In this document: piece after piece, positions 9,604 through 20,435 of the stretch
Numbering within the stretch: the first letter of the stretch is position 1
Layout of the letters: every line of letters begins with the position of its first letter
Assembly (NCBI GenBank): GCA_963727445.1
Contig: CAVSGI010000014.1
Span: 192,001-256,000, forward strand
From: an uncultured delta proteobacterium
Lineage (GTDB): Bacteria; Myxococcota_A; Polyangia; Polyangiales; B10-G4
Direction of reading: 5' to 3'
DNA: 64,000 bases
Translations under genes and position numbers: made by a program
The notes under the pieces: model-generated
The model's input: the letters and a program-made list of their open reading frames with translations, nothing else
What the model was told of the DNA's origin: nothing
Databases searched by the model: none

Positions 9604-10391
9604 TGCGGAACACGGGGGGACTACGACCCGCGGCGCTGTCAGCCCTGGCACTGATCGCGCTCCTCGCGGGTTGCGAAGCGACCATCGCCAGCGGTCTGTC
9701 CGAGGGCCAGGCCAACGCCGTGGTGGTCGCGCTCGACGGTCAGGGGATCGGCGCGAGCAAAGAAGCGACCGTCGGCGCGAACGAGGGGTGGGACGTCCGG
9801 GTCCCCAACGACGACGTGGGCTCCGCCCTCTCGGTCTTGCGCGCGCTCGACCTGCCGCGCGAGCCGGCGCCGGGATTGGCCGAGGTCTTCGGCGAGCCTA
9901 CGTTGGTGCCGACCGCGACGGAAGAGCGAGCGCGCTTCGCGGCGGCGCAGAGCGGCGAGCTCGCCCGTTCCCTCGAGGCGATGGACGGGGTGCTCGGCGC
10001 GCGGGTCCACCTCGCCATCCCCGAAGGCCGCAACTTCGCCATGGGTGAGGAGCGCCCGACGCCCAGCGCCTCGGTGCTCCTGCGGCTTCGCACCGGCGCG
10101 TCGGTGGACGACGCGGCGGTGCAATCGCTGGTGGCAGGTGCGGTGCCCGAGCTCACGCCCGACGCGGTGGCCGTGGTGAAGGTCGAAGCCCCCCCCGCCG
10201 CACCCCGGCAGGCCTCTTTGGTCCACATCGGGCCCATCGCGGTCACCCAGGGCTCGGCGCCCATCCTGAAGGGCGTCCTCGCCGGTGCGCTGGGGATTTC
10301 GGCGCTCCTCGCCCTGGCGTTGATCATTTCGTGGATACGGCTCCGCCGCCCGCGACAAGAAACAGAGACTCCGACAGCGCAGGGCGCATGA
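9603..10391 (+). CDS. SctJ/YscJ/PrgK-family ring lipoprotein (orphan)
   Basis: Lipobox LLAGC; GLSEGQANAVV; LVPTATEERARF...ELARSLEAMDGVLGARVHLAIP; PSASVLL; C-terminal TM. Confidence 0.88.
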   Translation: MRNTGGLRPAALSALALIALLAGCEATIASGLSEGQANAVVVALDGQGIGASKEATVGANEGWDVRVPNDDVGSALSVLRALDLPREPAPGLAEVFGEPTLVPTATEERARFAAAQSGELARSLEAMDGVLGARVHLAIPEGRNFAMGEERPTPSASVLLRLRTGASVDDAAVQSLVAGAVPELTPDAVAVVKVEAPPAAPRQASLVHIGPIAVTQGSAPILKGVLAGALGISALLALALIISWIRLRRPRQETETPTAQGA

Positions 10392-10425
10392 CGCGCCGCC
10401 AACCGGAGGGGAAAGGGAAGAGAAC

Positions 10426-11664
10426 ATGAGCCAAGAAGCCCTGGAGGCCACGCGCTACTACTTCGACAAGGCAGCCAAGCTGCTCGACCTTCCCAGCGAC
10501 GTCTCGCTTCAACTGAAGACCCCCCACCGCGAGGTGCGCGTCGAGTGCAACATCGAGCTCGACGACGGAACCATCGGCACCTACATCGGGTTCCGGGTCC
10601 AGCACGACAACGCGCGCGGCCCCTTCAAGGGGGGGCTCCGTTACCACCACCACGTGGACGCCGCGGAGGTCACCGCACTGGCCACGCTGATGACGTGGAA
10701 GACCGCCGTGGTCGGCGTGCCCTTCGGCGGCGCCAAAGGCGGCATCGCCTGCAAGCCCTGGGAGATGAGTCAGGCCGAGCTCCAGCGCCTCACCCGCAAG
10801 TTCGTCGACGGCATCTACGAGATCATCGGGAACAAGAGCGACATCCCCGCGCCCGACATGTACACGAACGCCCAGGTGATGGCGTGGATCTTCGACCAGT
10901 ACGGGAAGTACCGGGGATACGAGCCGGGCGTCGTCACTGGCAAGCCCGTCGAGATGGCGGGATCGCTGGGGCGTAACGCGGCCACCGGCCGTGGCTGCGT
11001 CCACGCGACCGTCGAGCTCCTCGATGCCCTCGGCGACAAGATCGAAGGCAAGACCGTCGTCATCCAGGGTTTCGGCAACGTCGGCAGCTGGGCAGGGATG
11101 ATCCTGCAGGACCTGGGGGCGAAGGTCATCGGCATCTCGGACGTCAGCGGCGGCTACATCGACCCGAATGGAATCGACTGCCACGCTGCCGCCGAGCACG
11201 TGAAGAACAGCGAGAAGCGGACGCTGGAGGGCTTCGCCGCGGAGCACGTCGATGGTGCAGCGATCCTCACCCACGAGTGTGACATCCTCATTCCGGCGGC
11301 CCTGGGCGGTCAGCTCACGAAGGAAAACGCCAAGGACGTGAAGGCGAAGTTCATCGTCGAGGGCGCCAACGGGCCGACGACGCCTGAGGCGGACGAGATC
11401 TTCATCGAGCGCGGCATCCACGTGATCCCCGACATCTACGCGAACGCTGGTGGCGTGACGGTCAGCTACTTCGAGTGGGTGCAGAACATGCAGCACTTCT
11501 ACTGGGAAGAAGAGCGGGTCAACACCGAGCTGAAGAAGATCATGAAGAAGTCCTTCGCCAGCCTCTACGACATCGCCAAGAAGCACGGCTGCGACCTCCG
11601 GACCGCGGCCTTCGTGTTGGGCGTCGGCAGAGTCTGGGAGGCGACCCGCCTGCGCGGCCTGTGA
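10426..11664 (+). CDS. gdhA: Glu/Leu/Phe/Val dehydrogenase (glutamate dehydrogenase)
   Basis: RGPFKGGLRY, GGAKGG, DIPAPD, ATGRG, GFGNVG, EGANGP, NAGGVTVSYFEW. Confidence 0.93.
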   Translation: MSQEALEATRYYFDKAAKLLDLPSDVSLQLKTPHREVRVECNIELDDGTIGTYIGFRVQHDNARGPFKGGLRYHHHVDAAEVTALATLMTWKTAVVGVPFGGAKGGIACKPWEMSQAELQRLTRKFVDGIYEIIGNKSDIPAPDMYTNAQVMAWIFDQYGKYRGYEPGVVTGKPVEMAGSLGRNAATGRGCVHATVELLDALGDKIEGKTVVIQGFGNVGSWAGMILQDLGAKVIGISDVSGGYIDPNGIDCHAAAEHVKNSEKRTLEGFAAEHVDGAAILTHECDILIPAALGGQLTKENAKDVKAKFIVEGANGPTTPEADEIFIERGIHVIPDIYANAGGVTVSYFEWVQNMQHFYWEEERVNTELKKIMKKSFASLYDIAKKHGCDLRTAAFVLGVGRVWEATRLRGL

Positions 11665-12398
11665 TTCGGGCCCGAGACGTCTACAAGAGCTTCGGCGACA
11701 AGGTGGCCCTCGAGGGCGTGTCCCTCGAGGTGCCGCGCGGGTCGATCTACGCCTTGATCGGCCCGGGAGCGGCGGGCAAGAGCGTCATGCTCAAGGTGAT
11801 CGCCGGGCTCCTCGAGCCCGAACGCGGCGAGGTGACCATCGACGGCGCGCCCATCACCGGCATCGAGGACGTCGCCCGCTTCGAGATCCAACGCCGCATG
11901 GGGATGCTCTTTCAGAACTACGCGCTCTTCGACTTCATGACCGTCGGAGAGAACATCGCTTTCCCACTGAGGCGCCTGACCAACCTGAGCGACGCGGAGG
12001 TCGCCGAGCGTGTCGCCGAGCGCCTCGCGCGCATGGCGCTGCCGGGGATCGAGGATCGCGAGCCGAAGAGCCTGAGCGGCGGACAGAAGAAGCGCATCGG
12101 CGTGGCGCGCGCGACGATCACCCACCCCGAGGTGCTGCTCTACGACGAGCCCACCGCCGGCCTCGACCCGGTCACCAGCCAGAAGATCTACGATCTGTTG
12201 GCGGAGGAGCAGAAGGCCGACGGCGCCACCGCCATCGTCATCTCCAGCGACGTCGCCGGCGTCCTGTCGATCGCCGACCGCGTCGGCATGCTCCACCGCG
12301 GCCGCCTCCTGTTCGAGGGCACCGTCGAAGAAGCGCGCACCAGCGAAGTGCCCGAGGTGAAGCAGTTCGTGCACGGGCTGACGGAGGGGCCGCTCTAG
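11661..12398 (+). CDS. ABC ATPase, MlaF-like
   Basis: GPGAAGKS, GMLFQNYALFD, LSGGQKKR, LYDEPTAGLDP, C-terminal QFVHGLTEGPL. Confidence 0.88.
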   Translation: MIRARDVYKSFGDKVALEGVSLEVPRGSIYALIGPGAAGKSVMLKVIAGLLEPERGEVTIDGAPITGIEDVARFEIQRRMGMLFQNYALFDFMTVGENIAFPLRRLTNLSDAEVAERVAERLARMALPGIEDREPKSLSGGQKKRIGVARATITHPEVLLYDEPTAGLDPVTSQKIYDLLAEEQKADGATAIVISSDVAGVLSIADRVGMLHRGRLLFEGTVEEARTSEVPEVKQFVHGLTEGPL

Positions 12399-12553
12399 AT
12401 TAGGGGCCAGGGGCGGAGGCGGAGGACCGCTGCGCCGGTCTTGACGGACCGCGCGCACGAGGCGACGCCGCGCCCAACGCGTCCTGTCCGCATCGCCGGC
12501 TGACGACTTCGCCCAGTTCGCGAGAATCGGCCCGCTCTGAGTCCGTGGCTCCG

Positions 12554-13950
<1,397 letters not shown>

Positions 13951-14069
13951 GCTCTTCCCGTTCCCGGACGGAACGGGACGCGGCGGGCGCGGAGTCGCCA
14001 CGGGCGGGCGGTCCGTCCCGTTCCCGCTCCCGTCCCCCGTCTCCACCCCTTTCCCGCTATCCTCCCGCC

Positions 14070-14849
14070 GTGGCGTCCTGGACAGCAATCCCCGCCCGTG
14101 TGGGCGGAACCGCGCTGGAAATCGCGGAGACGACCGGAGGGCTCTTCGTCCTCGCGGGGCGCCTCGTATCGCGTCTCCTGCCGCCCCGCCTCGATCGCGA
14201 GGAGCTCCTGCGCTCCCTTCATCAAACCGGCGTGCAGTCGGTGGCGATCGTGTCCGTCACCGCGCTCTTCGTCGGCGCGATCATGGTCGTCCAGGCCGCG
14301 CCCCTGGTGCTTCGCTTCGATGCCAAGGCGCTCGTCGGGTGGGGAGCCGGATTTTCGACGCTGCGCGAAGTCGGGCCGCTCCTCATCGCGCTCATGTTCA
14401 ACGGGCGCGTGGGCGCCAACAACACCGCCGAGCTCGGGACGATGGTGGTGACCGACCAGGTGGACGCGCTGCGCGCGCTCGCGATCGATCCGCTGAGCTA
14501 CCTGATCCTGCCCCGGGTGATCGCCATGGTGATCATGCTGGTGGTGCTCACGGTGATCGGCGACGCGGTCGCTGTGCTCGGCTCGATCACGGCGGCGCAG
14601 ACACTCCTCGACACCTCACCGGCCACGTTCATGTCCACCTTCCAGGGCCTCCTCGAACCCTGGGACTTCTTCTCGGGCGTCATCAAGGCCGCGATCTTCG
14701 GTGTGATGATCGCCATGACCAGCTGCTACTTCGGGCTCGCGGTCAAAGGCGGCGCGCCGGGCGTCGGGCGCGCGGTGAACAACGCCGTGGTCGCCGCGGC
14801 CAGCGGCATCTTCATCCTCGACTTCTTCGCCACCTTCGCCATCGGATGA
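14070..14849 (+). CDS. mlaE: ABC permease, MlaE family
   Basis: REVGPLLIALMFNGRVG...AELGTMVVTDQVDALRALAIDP; GVGRAVNNAVV. Confidence 0.9.
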   Translation: MASWTAIPARVGGTALEIAETTGGLFVLAGRLVSRLLPPRLDREELLRSLHQTGVQSVAIVSVTALFVGAIMVVQAAPLVLRFDAKALVGWGAGFSTLREVGPLLIALMFNGRVGANNTAELGTMVVTDQVDALRALAIDPLSYLILPRVIAMVIMLVVLTVIGDAVAVLGSITAAQTLLDTSPATFMSTFQGLLEPWDFFSGVIKAAIFGVMIAMTSCYFGLAVKGGAPGVGRAVNNAVVAAASGIFILDFFATFAIG

Positions 14850-15676
14850 GCAGCGTCGGCACAACGCGCGGTCCGTCAGCCGCTCCCTCCGCCCTCACCC
14901 GGCTGCTGGCCGCCATCGGCCGCGCTCCGCTGAACGCGTACCGCGAATTGCGCGGCGTCCTGTCGCTCGCGGCACGCGTCTTCTACTGGCTCCGCCACGG
15001 CCACATCCACCGCGAGCTCGTCGTCGAGCAGATGTGGATCATGGGCAACAAGAGCGTCTTCTACATGACGGTCACCATGGGGGTGATCGGCATCATCCTC
15101 ATCTACCAGGGCGGGCTGCAAGCGCAGCGTATCGTGCCGGACACGTCGATGATCGGCGCGACCTACCTGAAGTTCGTGGTACGCGACCTCGCCCCCTCCA
15201 TCGGCGGCCTGCCCCTCGCGATGCGTATCGGCGCGGGTATCGCCGCAGAGCTGGGCTCGATGGTGGTCACCGAGCAGGTCGACGCGATGCGCATGTGCGC
15301 CGCCGACCCGGTGGACTACCTGGTGGTGCCACGCTTCATCGCCTCGACCGTGATGGGCACGGTGGTGATCATCTGGTCCGCCTTCGTCATGACGATCAGC
15401 GGCATGCTCACCGCAAACCTCGTCTTCGACGTGAACTTCCATACCTTCCTGAACACCGTCCTGATGAACCACGGCGACTGGATCGTCGGGCTGGCCAAGG
15501 CCGTCACCTACGGCTCGACCATCGCGCTCGTCTCCTCGCACCGTGGGCTGTCCACCTTCGGCGGCTCCGCCGGCGTCGGGTGGGCCACGACCAGCGCCGT
15601 GGTCTACTCCTGCTTCGCGATCATCGTTCTCAACCTCTTCTTGAGCCTCCTCGGGCAGGTGGTGTTCCCGGCGTGA
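14846..15676 (+). CDS. mlaE: ABC permease, MlaE family (second copy)
   Basis: RIGAGIAAELGSMVVTEQVDAMRM...DPVDYLVVPR; GVGWATTSAVV. Confidence 0.9.
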   Translation: MSSVGTTRGPSAAPSALTRLLAAIGRAPLNAYRELRGVLSLAARVFYWLRHGHIHRELVVEQMWIMGNKSVFYMTVTMGVIGIILIYQGGLQAQRIVPDTSMIGATYLKFVVRDLAPSIGGLPLAMRIGAGIAAELGSMVVTEQVDAMRMCAADPVDYLVVPRFIASTVMGTVVIIWSAFVMTISGMLTANLVFDVNFHTFLNTVLMNHGDWIVGLAKAVTYGSTIALVSSHRGLSTFGGSAGVGWATTSAVVYSCFAIIVLNLFLSLLGQVVFPA

Positions 15677-16416
15677 CGCTCAGCTTTCGCGACGTGAAGA
15701 AGGCCTTCGGGCCCAAGGTCGTCCTCGACGGCGTCTCCTTCGACATCGGCGTCGGCGAACGCTTCTTCATCATCGGCGCCTCCGGGGTCGGCAAGAGCGT
15801 GCTCATCAAGCACGTGGTCGGCCTGCTCCGCGCCGATTCAGGCCAGATCCTCCTCGATGGGCAGGACGTCTCGCAGCTCTCGGAGCTCGAGCTCTATCCG
15901 GTGCGAAAGAAGTGCGCGATGGTCTTCCAGAACTCGACGCTCTTCGACTCCATGAGCTGCGCCGACAACGTCGCGCTGCCCCTGCGCAAGCACCAGCGCA
16001 TGTCCAAGAAGGAGGCGCGCGAGGAAGCCCTGCGGCGCCTCTCGCAAGTGCAGATGGAGGAGTTCGCGGACGCCCAGCCAGCCGAGCTGGGCGATGGGAT
16101 GCAGAAGCGCGTGGCGATCGCCCGCGCGCTGACCATGGACCCGGAGTACGTGCTCTTCGACGAGCCCACCACTTCCCTCGACCCGGTGAGCGCCCGGCGC
16201 GTGGACGCCATGATCGTGCGCCTGTCGGAGCTCGGCGTGACCTCGGTGGTGGTGAGCCACGACCTGGTGAGCATCTTCGACGTCGCCGACAGAATCGCGA
16301 TGCTGTACAAGGGCAAGGTGCGCCTCCTCGGGACTCCACAGGACTTCCGACACACCGACGATCCGGTGGTTCTTCAGTTCATTCGCGGCGAGGCCGAAGG
16401 GCCGATGGAGGTCTGA
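15673..16416 (+). CDS. mlaF: ABC ATPase, MlaF family
   Basis: GASGVGKS, VFQNSTLFD, FDEPTTSLDP, VVSHD, QFIRGEAEGP; signature is LGDGM rather than LSGGM. Confidence 0.88.
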   Translation: MTLSFRDVKKAFGPKVVLDGVSFDIGVGERFFIIGASGVGKSVLIKHVVGLLRADSGQILLDGQDVSQLSELELYPVRKKCAMVFQNSTLFDSMSCADNVALPLRKHQRMSKKEAREEALRRLSQVQMEEFADAQPAELGDGMQKRVAIARALTMDPEYVLFDEPTTSLDPVSARRVDAMIVRLSELGVTSVVVSHDLVSIFDVADRIAMLYKGKVRLLGTPQDFRHTDDPVVLQFIRGEAEGPMEV

Positions 16417-16421
16417 ATCCG

Positions 16422-17450
16422 GTGGCGGGCTCAGCGAAGACGACCTCCCTCGAAGTCCGCGTCGGGCTCCTGATCCTCACGGCGATCGTCGTCTTCGTGG
16501 GCTTCATCTTCCTGCTCGGCGGCTTCGATCTCTTCGCCTCGGGAAAACGCCTGCGCATCGACTTCGACAATCCAGGTGCCGTCAAACCCGGCGCGCCTGT
16601 CACCGCCGGGGGCGTCCGGATCGGGCGCGTGGACAGGATCGAATACCGGGGCAACCAGCTCGACCCCGAGACCCACACGCGGACGCTCATCCGCGTGCAC
16701 GTCACCGTCGAGGATCGCTACTGGGAGACCATCCACGACGATGCGACCTTCTACGTCACCGCGGCGAGCATCCTCGGCGAACAGATGATCGCGGTCGATC
16801 CGGGCGCGCCGGAGCGCCCCAACTTTCGAGACAACCAGGTGGTCCTGGGCCTCGACCCTCCCCGTCTCGATCTCGCGCTCGCCCTCGGATACGAGCTGTT
16901 GGAGGCGATCGTCGACGTCCTCAGGGAAAACCGCGGCGAGCTCCGCGAGATGCTCACCCACCTCGGCAACATCCTGCGCAACCTGAGCCACCTCCTCGGT
17001 GACGAAGAGGGCCGCATCGACAACATCATGACCAACCTGGACTCTGCGATGCAGGACGCCGCCGGGCTGGCCCACGCAGCGCGCGAAACGGTCGAAGGCC
17101 CCGAGGTGCATCGCATCGTCCGCAACCTGGACCGCACTCTCGTCGCGGTCGCGCGCGACATCGAGCCCATCGTCGGCGACACCCGCAGCGCCGTCAGCAA
17201 CCTGAACGAGACCCTGTCCGCCGTCGGCCCCGAGGAGCGCGATCAGATCCGGTCGGCGATCCACGACGCCGCCGAGCTCGCCGAGCGGGCCAACGCCACA
17301 GTCGGCGAAGCGCAGAGCATCGTCAGTCAGATCAGCGAAGGCCGCGGCACGATCGGCGCGCTCTTGATGGACGATGCGATCTACGACGACCTGCAAGAGA
17401 CCGTGCGGGACGTGAAGCACAATCCCTGGAAGCTCTTCTGGCGGGAGTGA
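16422..17450 (+). CDS. mlaD: MlaD/MCE-family protein
   Basis: EVRVGLLIL TM; GAVKPGAPVTAGGVRIGRVDRI; ASILGEQMIAVDPG; long helical tail, GTIGALL. Confidence 0.88.
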   Translation: MAGSAKTTSLEVRVGLLILTAIVVFVGFIFLLGGFDLFASGKRLRIDFDNPGAVKPGAPVTAGGVRIGRVDRIEYRGNQLDPETHTRTLIRVHVTVEDRYWETIHDDATFYVTAASILGEQMIAVDPGAPERPNFRDNQVVLGLDPPRLDLALALGYELLEAIVDVLRENRGELREMLTHLGNILRNLSHLLGDEEGRIDNIMTNLDSAMQDAAGLAHAARETVEGPEVHRIVRNLDRTLVAVARDIEPIVGDTRSAVSNLNETLSAVGPEERDQIRSAIHDAAELAERANATVGEAQSIVSQISEGRGTIGALLMDDAIYDDLQETVRDVKHNPWKLFWRE

Positions 17451-17458
17451 GGTCGAGC

Positions 17459-17902
17459 TCAGTCGGCGGTGGCGTCGGCGGCGGTGCCGGTGTCCATCAC
17501 CGTGCCGGTGTCCATCACCGTCCCCGTGTCCATGGGCGGCGTGGTGTCGGGCGGCACGCTGGTGTCCATGGGCGGCGTGGTGTCGGGCGGCACGCTGGTG
17601 TCCATGGGCGGCGTGGTGTCGGGCGGCACGGTGCTGTCCATGATGGGCGCGTCCGCAGACGCGTCCATGGCGTCCGTCATCGCGTCCGCGGGCGTGGCCC
17701 CATCTCCGAGCATCGGCACCGTGCCCGCCTCGGCCAGAGCGCCCAGATCGGTGGAGCAGAAGCCGGCGACGCAGGCCAGGCCCTGGGTGGTGTCGCAATC
17801 CGCCGTCCGGAGACAGGTCTCGCCCGCCCCGCGGGCGGCCCTCTCGGTGCTGCAGGAGGTGAGCAGGGCCGTGGAGAGCAGGAGCAAGGAAAGGGGCCGC
17901 AT
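17459..17902 (-). CDS. Small lipoprotein with Cys motif and 36-nt tandem repeats (MDTSVPPDTTPP)
   Basis: Lipobox LLTSC; CLRTADC...CVAGFC; 36-nt repeats starting at 17528, 17564, 17600. Confidence 0.72.
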   Translation of the reverse strand: MRPLSLLLLSTALLTSCSTERAARGAGETCLRTADCDTTQGLACVAGFCSTDLGALAEAGTVPMLGDGATPADAMTDAMDASADAPIMDSTVPPDTTPPMDTSVPPDTTPPMDTSVPPDTTPPMDTGTVMDTGTVMDTGTAADATAD

Positions 17903-18156
17903 GGGCTTCGAGAATACGCCCGACAGGGGGCCGCCTCAATCGGATCCAAGGACGAGGGGATCCGATGGGTCCAAGGCCACGTGCGTATGCCACGAGGTCT
18001 CGAAACCACCGAAAGCGCGGAGGATTCGCGGCCGCGGAGGGGTGCTCTCGGATTGACAATCCAGAGTGAGCCCTGCTACTTTTCGAGCCGCAGTTCCGCC
18101 GTATTTTCGGGGGCTGTCGCCGATTTCCACCGCCCTGCGCGACGGAGAGACGTCTG

Positions 18157-18918
18157 ATGAGCGAGCAGAAGGAATCCTCAGTCCTCTTCAACCTCAAGGA
18201 GTTGATGAACCTCGAAGAGGATCGCATCGAAGAGGAAGAGGCGGAAAAGCAGCGACGCGAGGCTGAAGCACGCGCCGCGAAGGAAGCCGAGGAGCGCGCC
18301 AAGCGCGAGGCCGAGGAAGCTCGGATCCGCGCCGAGGAGGAAGCCCGCCTCGCCGAAGAGCGCGCCATCCGCGAAGCGGAAGAGGCGAAGATCCGCGAGA
18401 AGGAAGAGCGCGAGCTGAGGGTTCGCCTCGAGACCGAGGCCAAGCAGCGCGCCGCGGAGCAGGAGCGCCTGCTTCAGCACGAGCGTGAGGTGCAGGCGCT
18501 CAAGAGCCAGCAGCGCAAGGGCGTGCACCCAGGCGTCTTCGTGGCGATCGTCGTCCTCCTTCTGGGAGGTCTCGCCGGTGGCTGGTTCGGGTTCGTGTCC
18601 CCGTACCTCGCGCGCAAGGACGCCGAGGCGGCCGCCGCGCAGCAGCTGGCGCAGCAGCAGGCCGAAGAGCGACGCCGTATCGCCGAGGAGGCCGAAGAGG
18701 CCCGCGTTCGCGCGCAGGAAGCCGCCGAGAAGGCGCGTCAGGCCGAGGAGGCCGCAGCTGCCGCCGCCCAGGCGCAGGCAGCAGCCGCCCAGGCAAATCA
18801 GCCCACCACGTCCTCCCGTCGACGCCGTCGCAGCAGCGGAGGCATGATGTCGGGCGGCATGTCCGGCGGCTCCATGACCTTCGACGACGATCCGTTGGCC
18901 GGCCTGGACGGCATCTAA
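18157..18918 (+). CDS. Coiled-coil / TM / coiled-coil protein
   Basis: N-terminal ESSVLFNLKEL, long E/A/R/K helix, one TM, C-terminal DDDPLAGLDGI. Confidence 0.78.
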   Translation: MSEQKESSVLFNLKELMNLEEDRIEEEEAEKQRREAEARAAKEAEERAKREAEEARIRAEEEARLAEERAIREAEEAKIREKEERELRVRLETEAKQRAAEQERLLQHEREVQALKSQQRKGVHPGVFVAIVVLLLGGLAGGWFGFVSPYLARKDAEAAAAQQLAQQQAEERRRIAEEAEEARVRAQEAAEKARQAEEAAAAAAQAQAAAAQANQPTTSSRRRRRSSGGMMSGGMSGGSMTFDDDPLAGLDGI

Positions 18919-18953
18919 GACGGGCGCCCGCAGCCCCGCGGACATGCTAAAGA

Positions 18954-19670
18954 GTGGGCGCGATGTCGGCGCCCCCGAGAGATCGTCTCGTCCTTCCCCT
19001 CGATGTGCCCACGCTCGTCGAGGCGCGGAGCTGGGTCGAGCGGCTGGCCGGTGAGGTCGGCGTCTTCAAGGTGGGCCTGCAGCTCTTCACCGCCGCGGGG
19101 CCGGACGCCGTGCGGCTGGTCCACGACGCGGGTGCGCGGTGCTTTCTCGATCTGAAGCTCCACGACATCCCCGCCACGGTGGGTCACGCCGTGAAGGCAG
19201 CCTGTGACCTCGGCGTCGCCTACCTGACCCTCCACGCGGCCAACGGGCCGGCAGGTCTGAGGGCGGCGGCCGAGGCGGCCGAGGGTCAGGACACCACCCT
19301 GCTCGCGGTCACCGTGCTGACGAGCCTCGACCAGGGCGAGCTCGACGCGATCGGCCTCGAAGGGAGCCCTGCCGAAGCCGCACAGAGGCTCGGGCGGCTC
19401 TCGGCCGACAGCGGCGTCGGCGGCCTGGTCTGCTCCCCGCACGAGTGCGCACCTCTGCGCGAGGCGCTGGGCAGCGAGATCGTGTTGATGGTGCCGGGGG
19501 TGCGGCCCGCGGGCGCGGCGGCCGGGGACCAGCGGCGGATCGCGACCCCGGGCGAGGCGATCGCCTCGGGCGCCGATCTGCTCGTCGTCGGGCGACCCAT
19601 CCGCAACGCCCCGGATCCCGTGGCGGCCGCGCGGGCCATCGTGGCGGAGATCGCCGCCGCGGCGGGGTGA
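18954..19670 (+). CDS. pyrF: Orotidine-5'-phosphate decarboxylase
   Basis: FKVG, FLDLKLHDIPATV, VTVLTS, PGVRP, DQRR, VVGRPI. Confidence 0.95.
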   Translation: MGAMSAPPRDRLVLPLDVPTLVEARSWVERLAGEVGVFKVGLQLFTAAGPDAVRLVHDAGARCFLDLKLHDIPATVGHAVKAACDLGVAYLTLHAANGPAGLRAAAEAAEGQDTTLLAVTVLTSLDQGELDAIGLEGSPAEAAQRLGRLSADSGVGGLVCSPHECAPLREALGSEIVLMVPGVRPAGAAAGDQRRIATPGEAIASGADLLVVGRPIRNAPDPVAAARAIVAEIAAAAG

Positions 19671-19673
19671 CCG

Positions 19674-20390
19674 GTGGGGCGGATCATCGCAGGCCGGCGC
19701 GCCGTCTACGAAGCCCTCGCGAGCCGCGGCGAGATCGCCGTGGTCTTCGCGCAGGATCCCGACGACGAGGGTCTGTCGCGGATTTGCGACCTCGCGCGAA
19801 AGAAGAAGGTTCGCCTCGAGCCGCGCAGCGCCAGCGAGCTGTCGGCCCTCGCCGGGGAGGCGCGACACCAGGGCGTGGTCGCCGTCGCGGGCCCCTACCC
19901 CTATCGCGACCTGCACGAGCTGCTCGAGGAAGCGGGCGATCGCCCGCTTCTGGTGGCGCTCGACCAGATCACGGACCCGCACAACTTCGGCGCCATCGTT
20001 CGCAGCGTGGTCGCCTTCGGCGCGCGCGGTGTGATCATCACTCAGGATCGCGCCGCGCCGGTGACCCCGGTGGTGGTGCGGGCGTCGGCGGGCGCGACCG
20101 AGCACGTGGCGATCGCCCGCGTCACCAACCTCAAGCGCACCCTCGGACAGCTCTCGAAGGAGGGGTTCGAGATCGTCGGGCTGGCGGGGGAAGCCGAAGA
20201 GCACCTCGGCGATGTCGGCCCGGCCGCCGGCGGGCGGGTGCTTGTGATCGGCTCGGAGGGCAAGGGCCTGCGGAGGCTCACGCGACAAGCCTGCGATCGC
20301 CTCGTTCGAATCGAGATGACCGAGACCATCGGCTCTCTCAACGCCTCGGTCGCCGCCGGGATCGCGCTCTACGCCCTCACGCGGAGCTGA
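19674..20390 (+). CDS. rlmB: 23S rRNA 2'-O-methyltransferase, TrmH/SpoU family
   Basis: HQGVVA, DPHNFGAIVRS, ASAGA, GSEGKGL, SLNASVAAGI. Confidence 0.88.
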   Translation: MGRIIAGRRAVYEALASRGEIAVVFAQDPDDEGLSRICDLARKKKVRLEPRSASELSALAGEARHQGVVAVAGPYPYRDLHELLEEAGDRPLLVALDQITDPHNFGAIVRSVVAFGARGVIITQDRAAPVTPVVVRASAGATEHVAIARVTNLKRTLGQLSKEGFEIVGLAGEAEEHLGDVGPAAGGRVLVIGSEGKGLRRLTRQACDRLVRIEMTETIGSLNASVAAGIALYALTRS

Positions 20391-20435
20391 CCCTGCGGCG
20401 CCGCTTCGCTTCGGCTCCGACCAGCCTTCTCTTGG

